Assembly: GCA_963664825.1 (NCBI GenBank)
Contig: OY761614.1
Span: forward strand, 1-64,000
Origin: an uncultured Holophaga sp.
Lineage (GTDB): Bacteria; Acidobacteriota; Holophagae; Holophagales; Holophagaceae
Direction: 5' to 3'
Length of the DNA stretch: 64,000 bases
The translations under genes were made by a program, and so were the position numbers. Below the pieces are notes generated by a model, which saw only the letters and a program-made list of their open reading frames with translations, was not told where the DNA came from and ran no database searches. This document shows, piece by piece, positions 20,550 to 31,091 of this stretch (positions within the stretch are counted from its first letter, which is position 1; every line of letters begins with the position of its first letter).

Positions 20550-21254
20550 ATGTCGACCTTCTACGCCCCGACCCCCGAGAGCCCAGGACGCATCCTGGTG
20601 GTGGACGACTTGCCCGGCAACCTCAAGGTGCTGGGAATGGAACTCCGCAACCATCCCTTCGCCCTTACCCTGGCCCGCAACGCCGAAGAAGCTCTTGCGT
20701 TCTGCCAAGGCACGGCCTTCGAAGGCATCCTCATGGATGTCAGCCTGGAGGGCATGGACGGTATCGAGGCCTGCCGCCGCATCCGCCAGCTTCCTCTCAA
20801 TAACCGCACACCGCTCATCTTCATCAGCGCCGTGCGCATCGGCCAGGACTGGATTGCCGAGGGGATCGAGGCCGGCGGCATCGACTACTTGGTCAAGCCC
20901 TACACCTTTTCGGAACTGCTCGCCAAGCTGCGGATGATGGTCCGCCTCTCCCGACAGGATGCGGCCTCCCTGGCTGGAGAGCGCCATCGGGCCCTGCTGG
21001 AGGTGGCCGGAGGCACGGCTCACGAATTGGCCCAACCCCTGGCCACCGCCCAACTCCTCCTGGATCAGATTCTCCAGAACCCCGGTGCGCCTTCCCGAGA
21101 CCATCTGGCCATGCTCCGGGATACGCTGGCCAGCACCAACCGGGTACTCGCCCAGATACAGAATCTGCACACTTATATCACCAAACCCTACGCCACGGGC
21201 CGCATCCTGGATCTGGCCCGAAGCAGCCAAGCGCCGGAAGCCCCCAAGGCCTGA
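20550..21254 (+). CDS. Response regulator receiver fused to a HisKA-like helix pair, no ATPase domain
   Basis: VVDD, LMDV, YLVKP receiver motifs; AHELAQPL H-box. Confidence 0.8.
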   Translation: MSTFYAPTPESPGRILVVDDLPGNLKVLGMELRNHPFALTLARNAEEALAFCQGTAFEGILMDVSLEGMDGIEACRRIRQLPLNNRTPLIFISAVRIGQDWIAEGIEAGGIDYLVKPYTFSELLAKLRMMVRLSRQDAASLAGERHRALLEVAGGTAHELAQPLATAQLLLDQILQNPGAPSRDHLAMLRDTLASTNRVLAQIQNLHTYITKPYATGRILDLARSSQAPEAPKA

Positions 21255-21300
21255 GCTGGCGGATAGACTGAGAATCCAGCACGAGCTGGACGAGGTCTCG

Positions 21301-22398
21301 ATGGAATTGCCTCTCACGCCCCTGAGCCCCCGCCGGAAGACCCGGCAGATCTTCGTAGGGAAGGTCCCCATCGGGGGGGATGCGCCCATCAGCGTGCAGA
21401 GCATGACCAAGACCGATACCCGGGATGTGGATGCCACGGTCAAGCAGATCTACGAATACGCCGCCGCGGGCTGCGAGATCGTGCGCGTCTCCGTGCCCAC
21501 GAAACGCGCCGGGGAGGTCTTCGGCGAGATCTGCGCCCGCAGCCCCATTCCCGTGGTGGCCGATATCCACTTCGACTACCGGCTCGCCCTGGCCGCCGCC
21601 GACGGGGGCGCGGCCTGCCTGCGCATCAATCCAGGCAATATCGGCGGCCAGGAGCGGGTGCGGGCCGTGGTGGAGAAGGCCGGCGAAAAGGGCATCCCCA
21701 TCCGCATCGGCGTCAACGCAGGCAGCCTGGAGAAGGAACTCCTGGAACAGTTCGGCAGCGCCACGCCGGAGGCCATGGTGGCCAGCGCCCTCGGCCACCT
21801 GGAGCTGCTGGAGAAGGAAGGCTTCACCCAGACCAAGATCAGCCTCAAGGCCAGCGACGTCATCCGCACCGTGCAGGCCTATCGGCTGCTGGCCCAGCAG
21901 GTGGACTACCCCTTCCACCTGGGCATTACGGAAGCTGGCACCCCCTGGGGCGCCACCATCCGCTCGAGCATCGGCATGGGCATCCTGTTGGCCGAGGGCC
22001 TGGGCGACACCATTCGGGTCTCCCTCACGGGCCAAGGCCAGGAGGAGTGCCGGGTGGGCCACGAGATGCTGCGGGCGCTGGATCTCCGCAGCGGAGGATT
22101 CCACATGGTGAGCTGCCCCGGATGCGGGCGCCTTCAGGTCGATCTCCATCGCTTGGCCCGAGAGATTGAAGATGGGCTGCGGGAGATCAACCACGAGCAC
22201 ATCACCTACGCGGTCATGGGATGCGTGGTGAACGGCCCTGGCGAGGCCCGGCACGCCGATCTCGGCGTGGCCGGAGGCGCGGGCGAGGGCCGCATCTATC
22301 GCAAGGGCGAACTCATCCGCACGGTGAAGGAGGAAGATATCGTCTCGGCCTTCCTGGAGGAGGCCCGCAGGCTCAAGGCCGAGCGTGTGGAAGGCTAG
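21301..22398 (+). CDS. ispG: (E)-4-hydroxy-3-methylbut-2-enyl diphosphate synthase
   Basis: [35 protein letters not shown]. Confidence 0.97.
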   Translation: MELPLTPLSPRRKTRQIFVGKVPIGGDAPISVQSMTKTDTRDVDATVKQIYEYAAAGCEIVRVSVPTKRAGEVFGEICARSPIPVVADIHFDYRLALAAADGGAACLRINPGNIGGQERVRAVVEKAGEKGIPIRIGVNAGSLEKELLEQFGSATPEAMVASALGHLELLEKEGFTQTKISLKASDVIRTVQAYRLLAQQVDYPFHLGITEAGTPWGATIRSSIGMGILLAEGLGDTIRVSLTGQGQEECRVGHEMLRALDLRSGGFHMVSCPGCGRLQVDLHRLAREIEDGLREINHEHITYAVMGCVVNGPGEARHADLGVAGGAGEGRIYRKGELIRTVKEEDIVSAFLEEARRLKAERVEG

Positions 22399-22699
22399 GG
22401 TGTGGATCTGCGGGGTGCTCACCCACCCACTGGTCATCCTCGGCCTCTACCTGATCGCCGAGGCGTTCCTGCCCGTGCGCTTCCAGCCCACGGCCTGGTG
22501 CGCGAGGGGCGCCATCCGCGTCTACCAAAGGACCCTCAGCCCCCTGCTCCCCACGAGCTGTCGCTTCACGCCCACCTGTAGCCAGTACGGCCTGGAGGCC
22601 ATCCGCAAATACGGCACCCTGCGCGGAGGAACCCTCACAACCTGGCGGATCCTGCGCTGCAACCCCTTCGGGGGGCACGGAGAGGACCCCGTGCCCTGA
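22385..22699 (+). CDS. yidD: Membrane protein insertion efficiency factor YidD
   Basis: [31 protein letters not shown]. Confidence 0.9.
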   Translation: MWKARVWICGVLTHPLVILGLYLIAEAFLPVRFQPTAWCARGAIRVYQRTLSPLLPTSCRFTPTCSQYGLEAIRKYGTLRGGTLTTWRILRCNPFGGHGEDPVP

Positions 22700-22751
22700 T
22701 GGGACCGTCCCCGTACTACCCTGGAACAGGTTTCTTGGAGCGGAAGACGGA

Positions 22752-23942
22752 ATGACGGAATCCTTGAAACAACGCGCCCGAGCACTCCATCATTCCATCT
22801 TCACCCTGGACAGTCACTGCGATACGCCCATCAACCTGGGCAAGAAGGGCTGGAATATCGGGGAGAAGCATCCCAGCGGAACCCTCCTGGGCGGGGACCT
22901 GGATCTGCCCCGCATGAGGGAAGGCGGCTTGGTGGCTTCCTTCTTCGCCGTATTCGTGCCCCAGGGCCCCCTGACGTCAGAGGGTCATGCAGGGGCCAAG
23001 GCCCAGGCTCTCGCGGCCCTCGACGCCCTGGACGAAATGTTCCAGCAGCACTCCGATCAATGCGAGAGGGCCCTCACAGCCGAGGATGGCTTCCGCATCC
23101 ACCGCAGCGGCAAACGGGCGATCTTCCTGGGCATGGAGAACGGCTATCCCCTGGGCCTGGACCTGTCGCTCCTGGAGCTCTACCACCAGCGCGGCATCCG
23201 GTACATCACCCTCTGCCACGGCGCGGATAACGATATCTGCGCCTCCTCCACGGCCAGCGTGGACGGTGCCATGGTGCCTCGGGACAGCCCGGACACGGGC
23301 CTCTCAGGATTCGGAATCCGCGTAGTTAAGCGCATGAACCAGTTGGGCCTCCTCGTGGACGTCTCGCACATCTCCGAGAAATCCGTCTCCGACGTGCTGG
23401 GGGTCTCCACGGCCCCCGTCATCGCCTCCCATTCCGGCGCAAGAGCCCTGGGCGAACATCCCAGGAACCTCACGGATGCCCAGTTGAGAGCCATCCAGCA
23501 GAACGGCGGCGTGGTGCAGGTCTGCGCGGTATCCGGTTTCCTGAAGCCCAGCCCGATCCAGCACGGGACCTGGCAGAAACTCGGTGAACTCTGGCAGCGT
23601 GCGGAAACCCATGATGCCGCCAAGGCCTCTGGCCAGAAATCTGCCCTAGACGCCGCTCTGGAAAAGGAATACCAGGAGCTGCTGGCCCAGGATTCCCCCT
23701 TCCAGGCCACCATCCGCGATCTGGTGGACCACATCGATCACATCGTGAAACTCATCGGCGTGGACCATGTGGGCATTGGCACGGACTTCGACGGCGGGGG
23801 CGGGCTCGCGGATTGCCGGGATGTGACGGGCCTGCCGGGGATCACGGAGGAACTCCTGCGCCGGAGCTACTCGGAGCGGGATATCCGGAAGATCTGGGGC
23901 GGCAACGCCCTGGGCCTCCTCGCAAAGGCCGGAGGATTGTGA
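22752..23942 (+). CDS. Membrane dipeptidase (M19 family)
   Basis: DSHCD, VDVSH, ASHS, GIGTDFDG, IWGGNAL. Confidence 0.93.
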   Translation: MTESLKQRARALHHSIFTLDSHCDTPINLGKKGWNIGEKHPSGTLLGGDLDLPRMREGGLVASFFAVFVPQGPLTSEGHAGAKAQALAALDALDEMFQQHSDQCERALTAEDGFRIHRSGKRAIFLGMENGYPLGLDLSLLELYHQRGIRYITLCHGADNDICASSTASVDGAMVPRDSPDTGLSGFGIRVVKRMNQLGLLVDVSHISEKSVSDVLGVSTAPVIASHSGARALGEHPRNLTDAQLRAIQQNGGVVQVCAVSGFLKPSPIQHGTWQKLGELWQRAETHDAAKASGQKSALDAALEKEYQELLAQDSPFQATIRDLVDHIDHIVKLIGVDHVGIGTDFDGGGGLADCRDVTGLPGITEELLRRSYSERDIRKIWGGNALGLLAKAGGL

Positions 23943-24009
23943 CCAAGGCCGGAGGGAGCCTGGGCGAAAATAGGAACAAGGGCGCAGGTGCCCTTCGCAG
24001 GTCCCAAGA

Positions 24010-25146
24010 ATGACCCCCCCCCAAGCTCCCGGACGGGTGCGCTTTGAATTCCTCGATGTGGTCCGCTTCGCGGCCATGGCCCTCATGGTCCAGGGCCATA
24101 CCCTGGACGCCCTGGTGCGCGTGGACCAACTCGATGTCGCGACCTTCCCGTGGAATCTGTGGCAGGCCCTACGCGGCCTCACGGCGCCCATGTTCCTCCT
24201 GCTCTCCGGGGCCGTGGGGGTGCTGGCCCTGGGCCGGGGAGCGGATGGACGGGTGCCCACGCGGCGCCTCCTGCATCGGGCGGATTGGGGCCTCCGGCTG
24301 ATGGCCCTGGGCTACCTGCTGGTCTTCCCGGCAAACCGCCTGGCGGATCTGCGCTGGGTTTCCCCCGATGTCTGGCAGGGTTTCCTCCGGGTGGGCATCC
24401 TCCAGCTCAATGGGTTCGTGCTGCTGGTGCTCACGGGCCTGGCGGCCCTCACCCGCTCGGACCGGGCCTACGCGGGCTGGTCCCTGGCCATCGGCGCCGC
24501 CTTGATCCTGGCCACCCCCGCCATTCGGACGGTGGATTGCTTCGCCTATCTGCCGGAGGCCTGCGCGGCCTACCTGTCTCCCGCCCACGGGTCCCTCTTC
24601 CCTCTTTTCCCGCACGGGGCCTACCTATTCCTGGGCGTCGGTCTGGGCTTCGCGTTGAAAAACGGCCGCCCGAAGGCGGCGCCTGCGCGCTTCCAGGCCC
24701 TCTGCGGCTGGGGAGCGGCCGCTGCCCTGGCGACTTCAGCCCTCATCGCCCGGGGCCTTCCCCCGATCCATGACGCCTCGGGCCTCGGCCTGGCCTTCAC
24801 CCTCAGCCGCCTGGGCTTCGCCCTGCTCCTCATGGCCGCCGTGGCCCACTGGGCGGTCCGGACACCCGCCTTGGTAGCCGGAACGGCTCCCCTGGGCCAG
24901 AGGTCGCTGGCGGTCTACGTGGGGCACCTGCTGCTGCTCTACGGCCTGCCCTGGACCCACGGTCTGGCGCAATCCCGCTTCCGGAGCCTGAACCTCTGGG
25001 AAGGTTTCGCGGCCGTGGCACTGGTGGGCACGCTCACCTTTGGCGGCGTGGCCCTGCTGGACATTATCCACCGCCGGGCAGCTCCCTTGGGTTCCCTGTT
25101 ACGCGTCTCCTCGGTCGCCCTCCTAGCCTGGGCGCTGGTCTTCTAG
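24010..25146 (+). CDS. Multi-TM acyltransferase-like protein (DUF1624/HGSNAT-like)
   Basis: RFEFLDVVRFAAMALMVQGH, TAPMFLLLSG, FPLFP, SLAVYVGH. Confidence 0.7.
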   Translation: MTPPQAPGRVRFEFLDVVRFAAMALMVQGHTLDALVRVDQLDVATFPWNLWQALRGLTAPMFLLLSGAVGVLALGRGADGRVPTRRLLHRADWGLRLMALGYLLVFPANRLADLRWVSPDVWQGFLRVGILQLNGFVLLVLTGLAALTRSDRAYAGWSLAIGAALILATPAIRTVDCFAYLPEACAAYLSPAHGSLFPLFPHGAYLFLGVGLGFALKNGRPKAAPARFQALCGWGAAAALATSALIARGLPPIHDASGLGLAFTLSRLGFALLLMAAVAHWAVRTPALVAGTAPLGQRSLAVYVGHLLLLYGLPWTHGLAQSRFRSLNLWEGFAAVALVGTLTFGGVALLDIIHRRAAPLGSLLRVSSVALLAWALVF

Positions 25147-25233
25147 ACCCTTTACCCCCGGAGTGTCCCGACGAAGCCCGGCCCCAGCGTCTGCTGATAG
25201 GGTTAAGGAGGCCCCTGGCCCGAGGTATCCTCC

Positions 25234-27057
25234 ATGGATCTCCGCCCCTTCCTGCTCGCCTCCCTGGGCTTACCAATGCTCATCGCCCAGGCCCCGCTGC
25301 CTTCCGCCCAGGAGGTCCTGGCCAAGGCCAAGGTGGCCATGGGGGGCGCGGCCTGGGACCGGGTCACCCATCTCCAATGGAAGGGGAGCCTTGCCACCAG
25401 CGGCCTGAAGGGGCACCTGGAATCCCTGGAGAGCCTCACCGATGGCCGCTCGACGTCCAGCTATGATCTGGGCGTCGCCAAGGGGGCCGATGGTTTCGAC
25501 GGGAAGGTGTCCTGGTCCCAGGATGGCACTGGGGATGTCCGCGTGGAACCCGTCGAGCATCCGGCGGGGATGAACTACATGAAGACCTACGCCTTCTGGT
25601 TCCCCAAGCGCTGCAAAGCCGAGATCCGCCATCTGGGCCTGCGGGAGGGGCACTTCCATGTGCTGGAGATCAAGCCCAAGGGAGCCGACACCTTCGAACT
25701 GTGGGTGGACGGTCGCACCTGGCTGCTGGATCGCACCGTGACCGGCCTCGCCACCCAACCCGAGACCACCTTCTTCCAGGATTACCGGGATGTCTCGGGC
25801 CTAAAATTGCCCTTCCGCATCCACACCCCCAAGGCCGAGCCGGCCCAGGATACGCGCATCGAATATTCCACCATCACCGTGAACGGCCCCCTTCCGGAGC
25901 GGGCCTTCGCCCGCCCCCAGCTCAACCTCGCCGACTTCGGCATCGAGGGCGGGGCCCCCAGCGCCACGTCGCCCCTGGAATTCATCGGGGACCATCTCTT
26001 CGTGATGGCCAGGGTGAACGGCCAGGGTCCCTTCCGCTTCTTCCTGGACACGGGCGGCGTAAATGTCCTCACGCCCTCCACCGCCAAGGCCCTCGGGCTC
26101 ACCTCCACGGGTTCCGTGGAGGGCCACGGCGTGGGGGAGAAGACCGAATCATTCGGCCTCACCCAGGTGGCGCGGGTTCAGGTCGGGGAGGCGTGGATGA
26201 AGGACCAGAATTTCTACGTGATCCCCAGCCTGGAGGGCATCGGGAAGATGATGGGCGTGGATGTGGCGGGCGTCATGGGCTACGAGCTGCTGCGCCGCTT
26301 CATCGCCCATGTGGAATACGGCCCCCGCCGCCTGACCCTGAGCCGTCCCGAGGGCTGGCGCTATGAGGGCAAGGGCGCGGCCCTGCCCTTCACCTTCAAC
26401 GGCCACCACCCCCGGGTGAAGGGGGAACTGGATGGCATCCCCGGCCTCTTCGATATCGACACGGGATCGGGTTCCACCCTCGACGTGTACGCTCCCTTCG
26501 CCCTCGAACACAAGCTCAAGGAGAAGGCCGCCAAGGCCATCACCACCGTCACGGGTCATGGTGCAGGCGGCGCCACCACGGGCCACGTGATCCGTGCCCG
26601 GAAGCTGAAGCTGGGCGGACTTTCCATGAAGGCCCCCATCGTCGTCCTCTCCACCACCACGACTGGCGGCTTCGCCGATGCCAGCGCCGCAGGCAACGTG
26701 GGACAGGGCTTCCTCAGCCGCTTCGATCTCACCTTCGACTACCGCAATCAGGTGATCCACTTCGAACCCAATGCCAGCTTTGGGAGGCCGGACCGCTGGA
26801 GCATGACGGGCCTGCGCTGCGACGCGGTAGACCTCGCCCAGGTGCTGGAGGTCTACGCCGGGTCTCCGGCGACCGAAGCGGGCATCCAGGCCGGGGACCG
26901 CCTGCTCTCCATCAACGGGGAACCCATGGAACGCTGGAGCGGTGCGCGCCTCCGGGATCTCAGCCAGAAGTCCGAGCCCGGCATGCGCCTGGAACTCCAG
27001 GTGCGCTCCGGCAAGCAGGAGCGCCGAGTGAGCCTGGTGCTGAGGGAGCTGCTCTAG
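25234..27057 (+). CDS. Exported aspartyl protease with two DTG domains and a PDZ domain
   Basis: LDTGG and IDTGS motifs; C-terminal GSPATEAGIQAGDRLLSING; signal peptide. Confidence 0.85.
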   Translation: MDLRPFLLASLGLPMLIAQAPLPSAQEVLAKAKVAMGGAAWDRVTHLQWKGSLATSGLKGHLESLESLTDGRSTSSYDLGVAKGADGFDGKVSWSQDGTGDVRVEPVEHPAGMNYMKTYAFWFPKRCKAEIRHLGLREGHFHVLEIKPKGADTFELWVDGRTWLLDRTVTGLATQPETTFFQDYRDVSGLKLPFRIHTPKAEPAQDTRIEYSTITVNGPLPERAFARPQLNLADFGIEGGAPSATSPLEFIGDHLFVMARVNGQGPFRFFLDTGGVNVLTPSTAKALGLTSTGSVEGHGVGEKTESFGLTQVARVQVGEAWMKDQNFYVIPSLEGIGKMMGVDVAGVMGYELLRRFIAHVEYGPRRLTLSRPEGWRYEGKGAALPFTFNGHHPRVKGELDGIPGLFDIDTGSGSTLDVYAPFALEHKLKEKAAKAITTVTGHGAGGATTGHVIRARKLKLGGLSMKAPIVVLSTTTTGGFADASAAGNVGQGFLSRFDLTFDYRNQVIHFEPNASFGRPDRWSMTGLRCDAVDLAQVLEVYAGSPATEAGIQAGDRLLSINGEPMERWSGARLRDLSQKSEPGMRLELQVRSGKQERRVSLVLRELL

Positions 27058-27122
27058 GGCCAACCACGACAGGGCGCCCTTCCGGGTCCAATCCAGGTTT
27101 CAATGATTAGGCAGGAGGCACT

Positions 27123-27866
27123 TTGGACGATTGGCGAAGCAATGGGATCTGGCGCGTCTTCATGGGGGCCTGGGCCTGCCTGAGCGCCGCCCTCCTCTGC
27201 ATCCTCTGTGTCCTGCTCACGCCCTTCCTGGGCCAGCGGGCCTTCTTCAGCCTGGCCCGAGGCTGGACCCGCCTGCAATTCGCCCTCTGCGGCGTGAAGT
27301 GGCGCGTGGAAGGCTGGGAGAAGCTGCCCGAAGCCATCCGTAGGGAAAAGCAGGCCGTGGTCTTCATGTGCAACCACGCGAGCCTGCTGGACCCGCCCTT
27401 CCTGGTCACGGCCATCCCCATCCCGGCGGTCTACATCGCGAAAAAAGAAGTTCGCTGGATCCCCGGCATCGGCTGGGCCGTGTGGGCCGCCGGCATGATC
27501 TTCATCGATCGCAAGAACCGGGAGCGGGCCATCGCGGGCCTCCAGCGCGCCGCACAGGAGGTCCGGGGCGGCAAGAACGTGGTGATCTTTCCCGAGGGCA
27601 CGCGGACCCGCACGGGAGAACTCGGGGTCTTCAAGAAGGGCGGTTTCATGCTCGCCCAGGATGCAGGGGTGCCCATCGTCCCCGTGGCCATCGAGGGCGC
27701 CCTTCAGGTGCTCCCCAAGGGGACCTGGATGCCCCGTCCCGGACACTTCAACGCCGCCTTCGGAGATCCCGTGGATCCCGCGGATTTCCCGGACCGGGAG
27801 ACGCTCATCGAGGAAGTGCGGAACCGCGTGGCCGCACTGATCCAGGAGCTCAAGGGCCCAGCCTAG
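27123..27866 (+). CDS. plsC: 1-acyl-sn-glycerol-3-phosphate acyltransferase
   Basis: NHASLLD, FIDR, FPEGTR; TTG start after AGGAGG. Confidence 0.85.
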   Translation: MDDWRSNGIWRVFMGAWACLSAALLCILCVLLTPFLGQRAFFSLARGWTRLQFALCGVKWRVEGWEKLPEAIRREKQAVVFMCNHASLLDPPFLVTAIPIPAVYIAKKEVRWIPGIGWAVWAAGMIFIDRKNRERAIAGLQRAAQEVRGGKNVVIFPEGTRTRTGELGVFKKGGFMLAQDAGVPIVPVAIEGALQVLPKGTWMPRPGHFNAAFGDPVDPADFPDRETLIEEVRNRVAALIQELKGPA

Positions 27867-28756
27867 GCGATCCCCAGCTTGCCCAGGGCCACGTCCAGGC
27901 TCTCCCCATCCGGATCCCAGACCGGGATTTCCGGCCACTGGTTGCAAAAAAAAGTGACCTGGCGCTTGGCGTAGGCCTGGGTGAGCTGCACGATGCGGGC
28001 CTCGACCCCATGGGGATCGCCTCCCTCCAGCCATAGCTCGTAGCCCAGGGGGCGCAGGCGGCGGAGATCGGCGCCATGGCCCGCGGCAAGCGCGGCATGG
28101 GCCTCCTCTTCCCAACCCTTCCCGATCATCCAGGCCACCCGGCGAGCCACCCGTTGGCGCATCGCATCCCGGGCAGGCAGCACAACAAGAGCCCTCCAGC
28201 CCTCCGGCACGCCCCGTAGGACGCCGCCCATCAGGTCTGAAGGACGCCCTCCCGTGGCCAGATGCAGGGCCAGGGCCCGCTGGATACGGCTGGGATCATG
28301 GGGATGGATCTGAGCGGCGCGCAGGGGATCCACGGCGGCCAGATAGCGATGAAGGGTCCGGGGCCCCAGGACGCCTTCCCAGGCCCGGACACGCTCCGTG
28401 ATCCCTTCAGGAACCAAGGGCAGTTCGCTCAACTGGTTCCAGATGCCCCGGAGATACAGGCCCGAACCCGTCACCAGCACGGGGTTCGCCGTTTCCGACA
28501 GGGTCTGTCGCACGGAAGCGCCGAAGTCCGCGGGATTGATCGTGGCGGAGAGGGGAAGCGCGCCGTACCCCAGATGGGGAATGCCCCCCTGCTCGCTTTC
28601 AAGGGGTTGGCCCGTGCCGATGGCCAACCCTTCGAAGGCCTGGAAGGGATCGCCATTGACCACCGCCCCCCCCAGGCGCCGCGCCACCTCCACCGCCAGG
28701 GAGGACTTGCCGGAGGCCGTGGGGCCGAGGATGGCGTAGGAAGGAGCGTTCTGCAT
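27863..28756 (-). CDS. miaA: tRNA dimethylallyltransferase
   Basis: GPTASGKS, GSGLYL, RIQRAL, YAKRQVT. Confidence 0.92.
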   Translation of the reverse strand: MQNAPSYAILGPTASGKSSLAVEVARRLGGAVVNGDPFQAFEGLAIGTGQPLESEQGGIPHLGYGALPLSATINPADFGASVRQTLSETANPVLVTGSGLYLRGIWNQLSELPLVPEGITERVRAWEGVLGPRTLHRYLAAVDPLRAAQIHPHDPSRIQRALALHLATGGRPSDLMGGVLRGVPEGWRALVVLPARDAMRQRVARRVAWMIGKGWEEEAHAALAAGHGADLRRLRPLGYELWLEGGDPHGVEARIVQLTQAYAKRQVTFFCNQWPEIPVWDPDGESLDVALGKLGIA

Positions 28757-28799
28757 GAAAGGGCCGAAGAGGCATGTTCTCACGACCCCGGCTCGGCCG

Positions 28800-29540
28800 T
28801 CAGATTCCCAAGCGCTCCCTCAACCGGGGCGCGCCGCCACGGCTGGCTTCGATCTCCTCGCCCCCCATCAGCCGCACGATGACCCGACCTCCCGCGGCGG
28901 GTTTCAGTCCCAGGACGGCCTCCGGACGCACCAGCAGATGACGGTGGATACGCAGCAGCCCGGAGCCTGGCAGGGCCGATTCCACCTCCCCCAGGGAGGT
29001 CCATTGGGTGCGCAGGCGACCCCCCGCGTGGGCATAGACCACTTCGTTCTCCACTTCGAAGTAGGTGGTCTTGCCCAGGTCCACCAAGACCACTCCTTCC
29101 CCCGCGTTCACGGGGTAGCGCACAGGATCGTGCGGAAGCGTCGGCCCAGCAGCCGCGGAAAGGCCCGTGAGCGGTGCCCGCCGCCCCTCGATGCGCCGGA
29201 GCGTGCGCTCCAGCCTCGAGGCTGTGATGGGCTTCAGCAGGTAGTCCATGGCCTCCGCATCGAAGGCCTCCACGGCGTGTTCGGGAAAGGCCGTGGTCAG
29301 CACAACGGGGATCCTGCCACCAAAGGCCTTCAGGATGGCGATCCCATCCAGATTGGGCATGTGGATATCGAGGAAGAGGGCATCCACCTCCCCGTGCCGC
29401 TGGAGCCATTCGAAGGCGCCTCGGCCCTCGGTGAAATGGGCCGCGATCGTACAGCCGGCCTCCTGCAGCAGACGCATCAGACGCTTGCGGCTGAGGTTCT
29501 CGTCTTCCGCAACCACGACTCGCAGTCTGCGTTCATTCAT
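28800..29540 (-). CDS. LytTR-family response regulator
   Basis: FLDIHMP, DYLLKP receiver; LLRIHRHLLV..ASR LytTR domain. Confidence 0.95.
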   Translation of the reverse strand: MNERRLRVVVAEDENLSRKRLMRLLQEAGCTIAAHFTEGRGAFEWLQRHGEVDALFLDIHMPNLDGIAILKAFGGRIPVVLTTAFPEHAVEAFDAEAMDYLLKPITASRLERTLRRIEGRRAPLTGLSAAAGPTLPHDPVRYPVNAGEGVVLVDLGKTTYFEVENEVVYAHAGGRLRTQWTSLGEVESALPGSGLLRIHRHLLVRPEAVLGLKPAAGGRVIVRLMGGEEIEASRGGAPRLRERLGI

Positions 29541-30652
29541 GGGACTGGCCTCGCAATCCACCGGACCGTGGCGATGGTCCATGGGCCTTCATGTTTCAGA
29601 GTGAAGGCACTGGGCGCTTGGTTCCTTAGCGCCAGGCGGGCTTCGAGATTGCCGAGGCCTACGCCCTTCCCCGGATTTTCCGAAGGCGGACATCCCGTAT
29701 TCTCGACCTGGAGCGAGATCCCGTCCCCCTCCTTCGCGCAACGGATCCGGAGTTCTCCACCCTGATCGGAGGGGCTGATGCCGTGCTTGATGGCATTCTC
29801 CACCAAGGGTTGCAGGAAGAAGGGGGGCAGCCTGACCTCGTCGGCCCAGGGCGGCCATTCCCAGGAAACGCGGAGCCGATCTCCCAGGCGCATCTGTTCC
29901 ATGGCCAGGTAGGCCTCCACCAGCCTGCGTTCCTGGGCCAGGGAGGCTTCGTCGGCCTTCCCGTGGGTCGTCAACATCCGGTAGAGATCGGCCAACCTGG
30001 TGATCACATCCTCGGCGGCCAGAGGATCCTCGTAGACCAGTTCAGAGAGACTACTGAGGGCGTTGTAGAGGACGTGGGGCTCCAACTGGTTCTGCAGGGC
30101 CTTGGACTGGGATTGGCGCAGCAGATCGGCCGTCCGGCGTTCCCGGGCCTCGGTCGCCTCCTTGTCGGCGGTGATCCATCCGAATACCAGGGCGAAGGCC
30201 ACATTCAGGAGCCCCAAGCCCATTCCCGGAAGGAAGGGGGGAGGAACGGAACGCCGGGGTTCCATCCAAGGCTTCGAGGGCATCTCCGGCGGTCCACCGG
30301 GTTCCATGCCTGCGGACAAGGGAGGCGGACCGGGACGGTGCATGGCATCGAAGGGCGTGGCCCAGTGTATGGCCATCAGCAGCACGCTGACCCAGAGCGT
30401 ATTGAACAGGAGGGCCTGGATGAAGCCCCGGAGGAGCCCCCCCTTGGACATCCATTGCCAGGGGATGGGCGAGAAGGCCACATGGGCCAGCAGCAACAGG
30501 AAGGGCAGCGCCAATTCCACCAGGGAGGGCGGGTGGACGTGGGCCATCAGGCGGAAGATGCAGAACATTCCTCCCACCAGGGCCACCAGCAGCAGATTAA
30601 CGGGCTGACGGAGGCGCTTTTGAAGGGAGGCCATGATGATTTCTTGCCGCAT
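29537..30652 (-). CDS. LytS-type membrane sensor histidine kinase
   Basis: TM helices; QNQLEPHVLYNAL, LQPLVENAIKHG, GVGLGN. Confidence 0.93.
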   Translation of the reverse strand: MRQEIIMASLQKRLRQPVNLLLVALVGGMFCIFRLMAHVHPPSLVELALPFLLLLAHVAFSPIPWQWMSKGGLLRGFIQALLFNTLWVSVLLMAIHWATPFDAMHRPGPPPLSAGMEPGGPPEMPSKPWMEPRRSVPPPFLPGMGLGLLNVAFALVFGWITADKEATEARERRTADLLRQSQSKALQNQLEPHVLYNALSSLSELVYEDPLAAEDVITRLADLYRMLTTHGKADEASLAQERRLVEAYLAMEQMRLGDRLRVSWEWPPWADEVRLPPFFLQPLVENAIKHGISPSDQGGELRIRCAKEGDGISLQVENTGCPPSENPGKGVGLGNLEARLALRNQAPSAFTLKHEGPWTIATVRWIARPVP

Positions 30653-30709
30653 GGGTGTGCCCTTCGCTCCAGTAGATCGATCCGCGTTCATGGGAACAGT
30701 GTTCTGGGC

Positions 30710-30780
30710 GAATTGGCCAAAGGGGGCGCTGGATGTCTCCGGTTCACCGCTGAATGTCGATTAGGACACGGCGAATGTCG
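30710..30780 (-). promoter_or_regulatory. Array of LytTR-type direct repeats (CGACATTC-like, 21-bp period) facing the kinase
   Basis: Plus-strand GAATTGGC 30710, GGATGTCT 30731, GAATGTCG 30752, GAATGTCG 30773. Confidence 0.7.
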
Positions 30781-30926
30781 AAGACATGCCCGCCCATTTC
30801 GGACATCTAGCGCAAGGGGTACCAGATGCAACCAGCCGAATCTGCCCAGGCATCCCCAGCCCCATCCATCACTGGGGTTGAGGGGAACAAACCCCGGCTT
30901 GGCAGGGACCCCCCCTGGAGGCTCCC

Positions 30927-30976
30927 CCACATCCACCTGCCTGAATGCGACATTCGGCGATGACTTTTCGCCATTG
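30927..30976 (+). promoter_or_regulatory. Second LytTR-type repeat array (21-bp period) facing the Ser-rich gene
   Basis: CCACATCC 30927, CGACATTC 30948, CGCCATTG 30969. Confidence 0.62.
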
Positions 30977-31091
30977 AGCCAAGGCCTATCAACACTTATT
31001 TCAGAAAGTCCGAAAACAACATATCGGAATTGGCAATGTCATTGCACAGGTCTCGGTGGACATGTGTCCAACCGTCCTCCAGGAGGGAATC

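Noticed and set aside
30989..31016. Sigma28-like promoter TCAA-N16-TCCGAAAA before the Ser-rich gene
   Set aside because: Spacing is one base off and both boxes are degenerate; too weak to call
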